Both the position numbers and the translations under genes were made by a program. From an uncultured Eubacteriales bacterium (GTDB lineage: Bacteria > Bacillota > Clostridia > Oscillospirales > Acutalibacteraceae), in the NCBI GenBank assembly GCA_964509145.1, contig CAZDWM010000001.1, positions 1 through 44,184 on the forward strand: 44,184 nt of DNA. Reading direction: 5' to 3'. Below, one piece after another: positions 8,866 to 16,021 of the stretch. The notes beneath the pieces are model-generated. The model had not been told where the DNA came from. It did no database searches and worked only from the letters and a program-made list of their open reading frames with translations. Within the stretch, counting starts at the first letter, position 1; each line of letters begins with the position of its first letter.

Positions 8866-11145
8866 TTATAAGTTCAGCGCGCATCTGTAGCCCGCCTTCG
8901 TCGCCTCAAAGACCTTGCCGCCCTGGAAGCTGTCGCCGATGTTGTAGACCTCGGCTGTGTTAAGCTCTTTTTGGAGCTTTAAAAACAGACTGTCGTCTGG
9001 ACAGCCGCCGCCCGCGAGAACGACGAGATCGGCAGGTACAAATTCCTCGACGCATTCGTCCTTGATTTTAGGCGCGAGCGGGTTGAGGATGTTTTCGGGC
9101 AGAATCGGGTTCCACGACAGATAGGGGTCGGGCACCGTCTTTGAGCGGTTACAAAGCACCTTGACACCGCCGTTTCCCGCGACACCGCCGCCGCCGAACG
9201 CCGTGAGCTTTGTACAGTTCATGAGCTTGATACCCGCGTCGTACATATATTTGAGCAGGTAGCCCCGGTTTGCGGTGCAGACATGGTTCATAAAGTACGG
9301 CGTCATCTCAACAACAGTGACCTCCTTGCCCATCTCCTTATTGAGGAAATAAGCCGTCTCACAGCCGACAACGCCGCCGCCTATCACGACAACCTTCTGT
9401 GCCGGTTTTGCTATATTGGGATTGTCAAGCAGCTCGACAGCCTGGCAGACATTCGCACCCTCAATGCCGGGCAGTTTGAACATAAAGTCCTTTGTTCCGA
9501 CAGCTACGACTATCTTGTCGAAGCCCTCGGATTTTAACAGCTCCGGCGTCGCCTCGGTGTTAAGCTTGACATCGAGGTCGTAGTCCCGCACCGTGCGCAG
9601 ACAAAGGTTTTTAAGATAGTCGAGGTAGTTTGCTACGTCGAACTTGATTTTCGGCACACTGCCTGGATTGAGGCGTCCGCCGATACGTCCGCTCTTTTCG
9701 AAGAGCGTGACCTCGTGACCCCTCTGCGCGGCGGTGACGGCGCACACAACTCCCGCCGGTCCGCCGCCTACGACGGCAATCTTTTTAGGCGCATCGGCCT
9801 TCGGCGGAACCTCCGGGAAAATCTCCTCGAACGCCGTTCTCGGGTTAACGGCGCACTGCGGGTGCCCGCCGTCGACGAACTCGTTGATACAGGCCTCCTG
9901 ACAGCCGATGCAAGGGGTGATTTCGCTCACTCTGCCTGTCCTGACCTTGTTGGGCCACTGCGGGTCGGCCAGCAGCGGACGGCCGAGCATTACCATGTCG
10001 CAAAGGTTGTCTCGCAACGCTCTTTCGGCGAGGTCGGGATAGCCGAGCTTGCCCACGGCGACGACGGGGACAGGGACTCCCGCGTTAGAGAGAATATTAT
10101 TCTTTGCGAAGTAGTCCTTTGCGATTTTCGCGATGTCGAGGAAGCAGCCCGGCGGCATTGATCCGGGCGGATGCGGAAGCCACCAGTTGTCGTAGCAGCC
10201 GAGGTCGACGTCGAACATATCGACGCCCGCCGCGACAAGGTTCTTCATATAATCGAGCGTCATCTCGATGGTTCTGCCGTTTTTAAACTTTTTAAGTTCT
10301 TTTTTGTCCATCTTGTCGCCGTAGGTCTCGTTGAGGGCGAGGGACAGGTCTATACGGTACATTATGGGATAACTGGGGTTGGTACGCTCTCTGATTTTCT
10401 TGACCGTGTCTATGCCGAACGCCTGCCAGTCGGAATAACGTCCGAGCTTGCGGCGGTTAAAAGCGGGATTCGTCATCTGCTCCAGCAAATAACCCTCGTG
10501 GCCGTGGAGATAAACGCCGTCGAGACCCATCGCCTTAGCGTCGGCGGACGCTTGTCCAACATTATTAATGAGTTTGTGGATTTTTAACGGCGTTAAGGGC
10601 ATACAAGGCACCTGCGGCATATACCAGCTCGGGTTGACGGAGGCGGAATTCGGGAACTTCATCTCGTTGACGAGGCACTGCGGGTTGCCCACTCTGCCTA
10701 AGCCCGCCGTCAGTTGGATGAAAATCCGTGCGCCGTAGGCGTGGCAGCCCTCGGCGAGGTCGCGCCAGCCGGCAAAAACGGTGCGGCTCCTGTCGATTCG
10801 CGGGAAATAAGACAGCTTGCCCAACTCGGTTACAGAGTTGTCGATACCGTGGGAGACGGGAACCAGACCCGTTGTAATAAGTCCGACGCCGCCCTTCGCG
10901 CGCTCCATAAAATAGGCAAGCATCTTCTCATTGGGGCGACCAGTTTCCTCGCACATGGAGATGTTGCCCATTGGCGCCATGACGAGCCTGTTTTTCACCG
11001 TCATCCGGTTGATACGGATGGGCGAAAAAATCGCGTCGTAGGGGTAAAGCTCAGACGACATTTTTCCGTCGCTCAGTGTTTTTCCGTCCTTGAACCAGTC
11101 GGCATAAAAATCGACCAGTTCCTGAACTTTTTGATCCTTGTTCAA
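8866..11145 (-). CDS. 2-enoate reductase / 2,4-dienoyl-CoA reductase-like flavoenzyme (OYE FMN domain + 4Fe-4S + FAD/NAD(P) domain)
   Basis: 759 aa. It has an OYE-like TIM barrel (NRLVMAPMG, HGHEGYLL), the cluster CIGCQEAC...C, and two Rossmann motifs (VVGGGPAG, VIGGGVVG). The start is TTG with AAGGAGAG 7 nt upstream. Confidence 0.85.
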   Translation of the reverse strand: MNKDQKVQELVDFYADWFKDGKTLSDGKMSSELYPYDAIFSPIRINRMTVKNRLVMAPMGNISMCEETGRPNEKMLAYFMERAKGGVGLITTGLVPVSHGIDNSVTELGKLSYFPRIDRSRTVFAGWRDLAEGCHAYGARIFIQLTAGLGRVGNPQCLVNEMKFPNSASVNPSWYMPQVPCMPLTPLKIHKLINNVGQASADAKAMGLDGVYLHGHEGYLLEQMTNPAFNRRKLGRYSDWQAFGIDTVKKIRERTNPSYPIMYRIDLSLALNETYGDKMDKKELKKFKNGRTIEMTLDYMKNLVAAGVDMFDVDLGCYDNWWLPHPPGSMPPGCFLDIAKIAKDYFAKNNILSNAGVPVPVVAVGKLGYPDLAERALRDNLCDMVMLGRPLLADPQWPNKVRTGRVSEITPCIGCQEACINEFVDGGHPQCAVNPRTAFEEIFPEVPPKADAPKKIAVVGGGPAGVVCAVTAAQRGHEVTLFEKSGRIGGRLNPGSVPKIKFDVANYLDYLKNLCLRTVRDYDLDVKLNTEATPELLKSEGFDKIVVAVGTKDFMFKLPGIEGANVCQAVELLDNPNIAKPAQKVVVIGGGVVGCETAYFLNKEMGKEVTVVEMTPYFMNHVCTANRGYLLKYMYDAGIKLMNCTKLTAFGGGGVAGNGGVKVLCNRSKTVPDPYLSWNPILPENILNPLAPKIKDECVEEFVPADLVVLAGGGCPDDSLFLKLQKELNTAEVYNIGDSFQGGKVFEATKAGYRCALNL

Positions 11146-11201
11146 AAATATCTCTCCTTAGGGTTAATATAATGAATTTTCTTACCTCTTATTTCATACT
11201 T

Positions 11202-11354
11202 CTAATACAGGGCGTACATCCGGCTGTAAACTCCTCCGCTTCGAACAAGCTCGTCGTGGCAGCCCTGTTCCTCTATTCCGTTTCGGTCAACACAAGAATG
11301 CGCTGGCGCTTTATATAGGGCAGGATTTTTAATCAGCTCAGCGTTGCGGTCCAT
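11202..11354 (-). pseudogene. relic of the C-terminus of an ABC ATPase
   Basis: A 50-codon frame ends ...VDRNGIEEQGCHDELVRSGGVYSRMYALY*. This matches the canonical ABC exporter tail (V.D.G.I.E.G.H.EL....G.Y..LY). No Walker or signature region lies upstream. Confidence 0.5.
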
Positions 11355-11406
11355 CCGCCATCACGGTGCTTTTTCATATGCTTCTCCATTATAAACAATT
11401 GGTTTG

Positions 11407-11440
11407 ATTATAGCACATGTTTGTCCTTTTGCATGGATAA
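11407..11440 (-). promoter_or_regulatory. possible extended -10 promoter reading toward the reductase gene
   Basis: The minus strand reads TGCTATAAT (11415-11407). The -35 region is poor. Confidence 0.35.
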
Positions 11441-11476
11441 AAGAGAAAATTGTAGTTATTTGTTATCCGAAAGTTG

Positions 11477-12265
11477 TTAGAGCTTACGGAGAATAAGCAT
11501 TGCCACACGATGGGGAACGTTAAACCTCTCGGGCGCGGTGTTTAAATAAGCGACATGCTCCGCTTCAAACGCCGCGATTTCGTCTGTGCCCAGCGTGGAC
11601 GCACCGATTCCGCGGCAAGCTTTCATTCTGCCGTTCCAGTTCTCCCGTGTAAACGATACATCGACGTCAAAACCAATCTTATCTTCGACCTCGAACAGAC
11701 CCTTAATGTCTTTCGGGACAACAATATCGCTTCTCCTCATTTTTGCGCCTGTCCAAGACGGATTGTATTTCAACACCAGTTGCTCACTAAACCGCGCAAT
11801 ATCGCTTTTGTCGGGAATCCAGTCCATAAACATGATACAGAAACGTCCGCCGTCCTTCAAAACACGGTGTATAATCGGCATTACGACCTGCCTGTCAAAA
11901 TACATGAAGCACTGACACGCCGTAACTGTATCAAAAGACTTGTCCTCTAAATCAATATTTTCCGCAGACGATACGATATATTTAATATCCATGCCTGCTT
12001 CCTCGGACAATCTTTTCGCCTCGGAAATCTGGTTTTCGGAGATATCCGCACCGACGAACTTCGCGCCGTATTGATACAGGTTTCGGGGAAGCACGCCGGT
12101 TCCGGTTCCCAAGTCCAGCACATTCTGTCCCTTTACGCAAAGACCGAGATCAATTATTTTATTGTAAAAAGCCTCGGGGTATATGTCCCTGTATTTTGCG
12201 TAATCCTTTGAGGTCTGCCCCCAGTCAAACGCCTTTCCCATATCAATGTTTTTGTTGGTTGTCAT
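11477..12265 (-). CDS. class I SAM-dependent methyltransferase
   Basis: VLDLGTGTGVL motif I. I chose the start at ATG 12265, which has GAGGTG 7 nt upstream. Confidence 0.8.
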   Translation of the reverse strand: MTTNKNIDMGKAFDWGQTSKDYAKYRDIYPEAFYNKIIDLGLCVKGQNVLDLGTGTGVLPRNLYQYGAKFVGADISENQISEAKRLSEEAGMDIKYIVSSAENIDLEDKSFDTVTACQCFMYFDRQVVMPIIHRVLKDGGRFCIMFMDWIPDKSDIARFSEQLVLKYNPSWTGAKMRRSDIVVPKDIKGLFEVEDKIGFDVDVSFTRENWNGRMKACRGIGASTLGTDEIAAFEAEHVAYLNTAPERFNVPHRVAMLILRKL

Positions 12266-12330
12266 ATAAAACACCTCTGTTTTGTTTTCCACATTGTAAC
12301 ACAGACAATAGCTTTATGCTACCGCCTCTT

Positions 12331-12378
12331 AAGGAAAATGAAATACGCAGACTTGCCGAACGGCAAATCCGCGTATTT
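12331..12378 (-). terminator. terminator after tRNA-Lys
   Basis: Inverted repeat AAATACGC...GCGTATTT (12341-12378) with an inner TTGCCG/CGGCAA stem. A T-rich run follows on the minus strand. Confidence 0.55.
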
Positions 12379-12382
12379 TGTC

Positions 12383-12458
12383 TGGTGATCCATCGGAGAT
12401 TCGAACTCCGGACACCTTGATTAAAAGTCAAGTGCTCTGCCAACTGAGCTAATGGATC
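12383..12458 (-). tRNA. tRNA-Lys (anticodon UUU), CCA encoded
   Basis: 76 nt. Acceptor stem GATCCAT/ATGGATC, D arm GCTC/GAGC, anticodon stem CTTGA/TCAAG with loop CTTTTAA, T arm CGGAG-TTCGAAT-CTCCG, discriminator A, then CCA. Confidence 0.93.
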
Positions 12459-12477
12459 GCTTGTAAAGCGCTAAAAT

Positions 12478-12506
12478 ATAATATATGATTCGCAGAACGT
12501 TGTCAA
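12478..12506 (-). promoter_or_regulatory. sigma-A promoter of tRNA-Lys
   Basis: On the minus strand: TTGACA (12506-12501), a 17-bp spacer, then TATTAT (12483-12478). Confidence 0.6.
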
Positions 12507-12562
12507 GGGTTTTTTTGCACTTTCGCGGGCATTTTGTTCATTATTCCCGATGACAGACAAAA

Positions 12563-12595
12563 TCATTCATAAAAACAACCCCCTCGGCATACTAT
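12563..12595 (+). promoter_or_regulatory. possible sigma-E type promoter of spoIIID
   Basis: TCATTCATA, a 16-nt gap, then CATACTAT. This resembles the mother-cell sigma-E consensus (ATA-N16/17-CATACA-T). B. subtilis spoIIID is sigma-E dependent. Confidence 0.3.
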
Positions 12596-12625
12596 TAGTG
12601 ATACGTCTGCAAGGGAGGTCTTTTA

Positions 12626-12871
12626 TTGAAAGGCATCGTTGAAGAAAGAGCCGTCGACCTTGGTGAATATATCGTTGAAAACAAGACGACTGTGCGCGCG
12701 GCCGCAAAAAAATTCGGAGTAAGCAAATCCACGGTACATATGGACGTCTCACAGCGGCTTCGCAAGCTTAATCCGCAGCTTTACAATGAGGTGCGCGAAG
12801 TGCTTGACATAAACAAGTCGCAGCGTCATATTCGCGGAGGTCTTGCCACAAAGGAAAAATACAAGAAATAG
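12626..12871 (+). CDS. spoIIID: stage III sporulation transcription regulator SpoIIID
   Basis: 81 aa with a TTG start after GGGAGG. IVENKTTVRAAAKKFGVSKSTVHMDV...RHIRGGLATKEKYKK closely matches B. subtilis SpoIIID. Confidence 0.9.
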   Translation: MKGIVEERAVDLGEYIVENKTTVRAAAKKFGVSKSTVHMDVSQRLRKLNPQLYNEVREVLDINKSQRHIRGGLATKEKYKK

Positions 12872-12908
12872 ACGCTATAAACCCCGGCGTGTCCATCTTG
12901 GCAAAAGC

Positions 12909-12945
12909 ACCGCATCACACACGTTGATGCGGTTGTTTTTGTTGC
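12909..12945 (+). terminator. intrinsic terminator of spoIIID
   Basis: ACCGCATCA (12909-12917) / TGATGCGGT (12925-12933), followed by TGTTTTT. Confidence 0.65.
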
Positions 12946-12950
12946 CTTTT

Positions 12951-13682
12951 CTATTCTGATGTGACCGGAAGACCGAAGTCCTTAAGCATCTCGTCAAGGC
13001 CGTTATAAACGGGTTCGGACGAAAGGAATTTTTCCGTCACCTCGTCAGCGTTGCCCGTCTGCTTCAAAAAAGCGTCGTACCGCCAAAGGTTCCGTTTGAC
13101 TCTCGGCTCGTAAAGCCAGAAAAATTCGCGCATGATGTTTTGGTCGGGCAGCATTTTTGTTCGCTCGTAGTATTCGACGGCAAGCATTTTTGCCTCAGCT
13201 GTCTGTTGTCTTTTTCGCGACTCAAAGTGCTCCCCGACGGATCGAATGACGCGTGCCGGATTTCCAACTGCAACGCAGTTATCGGGTATATCCTTTGATA
13301 CAAGACTGTTTGCCCCGATGACGACATTGTTTCCGATTGTAACACCGCCGAGAACCGTCGTGTTCATGCCTATGAAGCAGTTGTTTCCGATTTTAACCTT
13401 TCCCGCCGAGCCGAGAACCTCCCCGAAGCACCGTTCGAGCACCATTGAGTCTGCGCCGTGGGTCAGCAGGGTAAATCCCGCGGTTATCTGAACACAGCTT
13501 CCGATATCGATAAGGAAGGGTCTTGTGATGTCGACGTTTGCCGTTTTCGGGTCGTAAAAGGTTGTATACTCACCGATAAGCATACCTAACCCGCGTAGAT
13601 ATTCAATGTATTCGGCGCTTGTGTTTTTCGGTCCGTAAGCCATGCGATACGCAAACTGTTTGATTTTATAAACCATGTTCAT
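12951..13682 (-). CDS. hexapeptide-repeat (left-handed beta-helix) acetyltransferase
   Basis: Hexapeptide repeats IGNNCFIGMNTTVLGGVTIGNNVVIGANSLV...VAVGNPARV. An ATGA overlap couples it to the upstream gene. Confidence 0.8.
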   Translation of the reverse strand: MNMVYKIKQFAYRMAYGPKNTSAEYIEYLRGLGMLIGEYTTFYDPKTANVDITRPFLIDIGSCVQITAGFTLLTHGADSMVLERCFGEVLGSAGKVKIGNNCFIGMNTTVLGGVTIGNNVVIGANSLVSKDIPDNCVAVGNPARVIRSVGEHFESRKRQQTAEAKMLAVEYYERTKMLPDQNIMREFFWLYEPRVKRNLWRYDAFLKQTGNADEVTEKFLSSEPVYNGLDEMLKDFGLPVTSE

Positions 13683-14689
13683 ATTTGCGTTAACTCCCTT
13701 CCTTCTGTTATCTCTTGTTTCCTTGTTTTTGTTTCATCGGCCGGTACGTTCTTGGCATGTGCCAGTTGCCTTCTCATTTCCTTTGCCGCCGCTTTGACGG
13801 CGGGTGTCGACCGATACCCCGCCTTGAGGCAAACCGTCGTCTCGTCCCACAGTGCATAAAAAGCGCATTTAAGGTCGCATTTATCCGAAACCCCGGCCTT
13901 TGCTTTGTAAACCTCATAAAGACCGAATTTATCGCCTGTCAAACTTTTAAGCCGGAACAGTTCATAATCCCTGTCGGCATACAGTGTGTTCGTCGCACCG
14001 ACAAACGCCGTCGGGAGAAAGGTCTTTGGATCCGCCATTATATTGTTTACGATTAAACCCCCGTGTATCAGCACCGCGGTAGCCGGCGTATCTGAAAACA
14101 GGTCGTCGAAGCGCTGCCACGCATCCTCCATCGCGTCAAGCGTCCTCATGTCAAAGCGTCCGTTCTTCGCCTTTTCGCGCGCGCGCCGCAAAACGACCTC
14201 GGCCATCGGCTTGTAGTACGCCGCCCAGTTGTCAAAAACGGGATGCTCGGCGATGCCGAATTTATCGCCCGTGTTAGCGTGGAGTGAAATCAGCGCGTCG
14301 GCGACAAGTCCGGCAAAGCGTTCTTTCCGCGCTCTGTTTTGATGTAGAAAGTGCCTGTCCGAAAACACGTTGCAGCCTCGGACGAGTTCCATGCACAGGC
14401 AGCTTATGGGCACCTCCGGCGTAGCCGCGCTTGTGAAATAAACCTCCGGCACAGGTACGGATAATAGTTTATTGAGCAGCATAAGGTTAAAGGCCTCCCG
14501 CTCCTGCATCCCCCTTGTTGCGTATACCTTGACAGCCGCCGCAAACGGAGGAACGTTCATCGCAACGCCGAAAATCTGACCGGAAGCGCCGCCGCCGAGA
14601 ACCTTGCAGCCGGTTACGACGCACCTGAAGTGCTCCTCAACCGTCAGCGCGACGTGCTGTTTTGTTTCGTTAAGTCCGGCGTTTTTCAT
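13679..14689 (-). CDS. fructosamine-kinase/APH-fold protein, apparently lacking the catalytic Asp residues
   Basis: It has a Gly-rich loop GGGASGQIF and a Lys in AVKVY. It reads LIHGGLIVNN where the family has HGDLxxxN, and FVGA where the family has FDPA. The start is uncertain (ATG 14689 or TTG 14740). Confidence 0.6.
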   Translation of the reverse strand: MKNAGLNETKQHVALTVEEHFRCVVTGCKVLGGGASGQIFGVAMNVPPFAAAVKVYATRGMQEREAFNLMLLNKLLSVPVPEVYFTSAATPEVPISCLCMELVRGCNVFSDRHFLHQNRARKERFAGLVADALISLHANTGDKFGIAEHPVFDNWAAYYKPMAEVVLRRAREKAKNGRFDMRTLDAMEDAWQRFDDLFSDTPATAVLIHGGLIVNNIMADPKTFLPTAFVGATNTLYADRDYELFRLKSLTGDKFGLYEVYKAKAGVSDKCDLKCAFYALWDETTVCLKAGYRSTPAVKAAAKEMRRQLAHAKNVPADETKTRKQEITEGRELTQI

Positions 14690-14786
14690 GCGTTTCCGTT
14701 CCCGTCCAAGTTTTACTTCAAAGGGAGCCGTTGCGCGCAAAACGCGAAACGGCTCCGGTTCTATTTCCTGTTTGACGCGTCGCCCG

Positions 14787-15926
14787 TCAGATAATTAACA
14801 GCAGCATCGCAAAGCCGCCGCCAAGGAACATCAGGCACAACGCGATGAATATCATCAGCACAAAGCCGATGAAGCCCGCTGCCGTTAAAACACCAAAGGT
14901 CGTTTTAATCGCCATGGTGTTCTCGGCTTCGGAAATATCCTGCCAGATGATGCTTACATCATTGCCCTCGATATAGAACTTGTCGTGAATCAGCGCCTGC
15001 TCCGTGCTGCATCTGATGAAGCCGCAGTCAACAAGACCCTGCGCAAATAACCGCGTCATTTCCTCATCCTTCATGGTAATGGTTGTCGTCATGCGCAGCT
15101 CATCGGCCGGTTCAACGTCGTTGAGATGACCCGCCTTAAAGCCCGTGCACCACCAATAGTTACCGTAGGGACGCTCAAGCTCAAACACATAATTACCGTC
15201 GTCCTCATAATCATGATAGAGCGACATCGTCATGTCGAGCCAGTTCTCCTGCTCGGGGCACTTGAAGTGAGTAAACGCGGTGACCTCTTTGTCGGACATC
15301 TCCTTGGTATAGACACCAACCTCGCTGCCGTAGAACAACAGACCGTACTGTCCCTTCCAGAGCTGAATCATCCAGTCGAGGTCGTTGTATCTGAAATAAA
15401 CGCGGATGTAATCGTATTCAAGCAGGATATACGGTGAAACCAGGTCGTACAAATTGTAAAACCCGAAATAGTCCTGCCAGCAGTCTTTGTCGTCGGTGTA
15501 ATAATAGTCGTCCTGATAGCTGTAGCGGTAACCCACGACCTGTTTTCTTTCAAATCTGTCAAGGAGAAAATTGCTGCTTCTGACGCAATAAATCACGAAT
15601 GTATCGGAGATACCGAGCGCGGAAACTGACGCGGTGATGGTGGAGCGTCCGATTGAAACACCTGTGACGAGACCGTTTTGGTCAACCTTCGCGACGCCTG
15701 TATTCGACGAGCTCCAGTTAATGGTGTAGCTGTTTGAATCCGCCGTGACGAGCGTCGCCGTCATCTGAACAGTCTTGTTTTTGTTGACAGACATTGATTC
15801 AGAGGAAATGGTGATTGAATTAGCCGGGGGCGGATCGTCGTCGGCCACTGCGAAAAATATAGTGCAGCTGGCAAAAATTATAGCGGTCGTCAGCAAAATC
15901 AGGCTTCTTTTCAGGTGTTTCTTCAT
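14787..15926 (-). CDS. secreted/anchored protein with a Big_2 Ig-like domain and a DUF4474-like domain
   Basis: An N-terminal signal/anchor, then a Big_2-like segment (VQMTATL...WSSSNTGVAKVDQNGLVTGVSIGRSTITA). The WMIQLWKGQYG core is typical of DUF4474 (from memory). There is a C-terminal TM helix. Confidence 0.65.
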   Translation of the reverse strand: MKKHLKRSLILLTTAIIFASCTIFFAVADDDPPPANSITISSESMSVNKNKTVQMTATLVTADSNSYTINWSSSNTGVAKVDQNGLVTGVSIGRSTITASVSALGISDTFVIYCVRSSNFLLDRFERKQVVGYRYSYQDDYYYTDDKDCWQDYFGFYNLYDLVSPYILLEYDYIRVYFRYNDLDWMIQLWKGQYGLLFYGSEVGVYTKEMSDKEVTAFTHFKCPEQENWLDMTMSLYHDYEDDGNYVFELERPYGNYWWCTGFKAGHLNDVEPADELRMTTTITMKDEEMTRLFAQGLVDCGFIRCSTEQALIHDKFYIEGNDVSIIWQDISEAENTMAIKTTFGVLTAAGFIGFVLMIFIALCLMFLGGGFAMLLLII

Positions 15927-16021
15927 ATACGCCGTTCACTCCTTAATATCTAATCGGATTATTAACCAAATCATTATACATTATAGTTCGTTTGTTGTCA
16001 ATATATGCCACCCTGTCCGTC

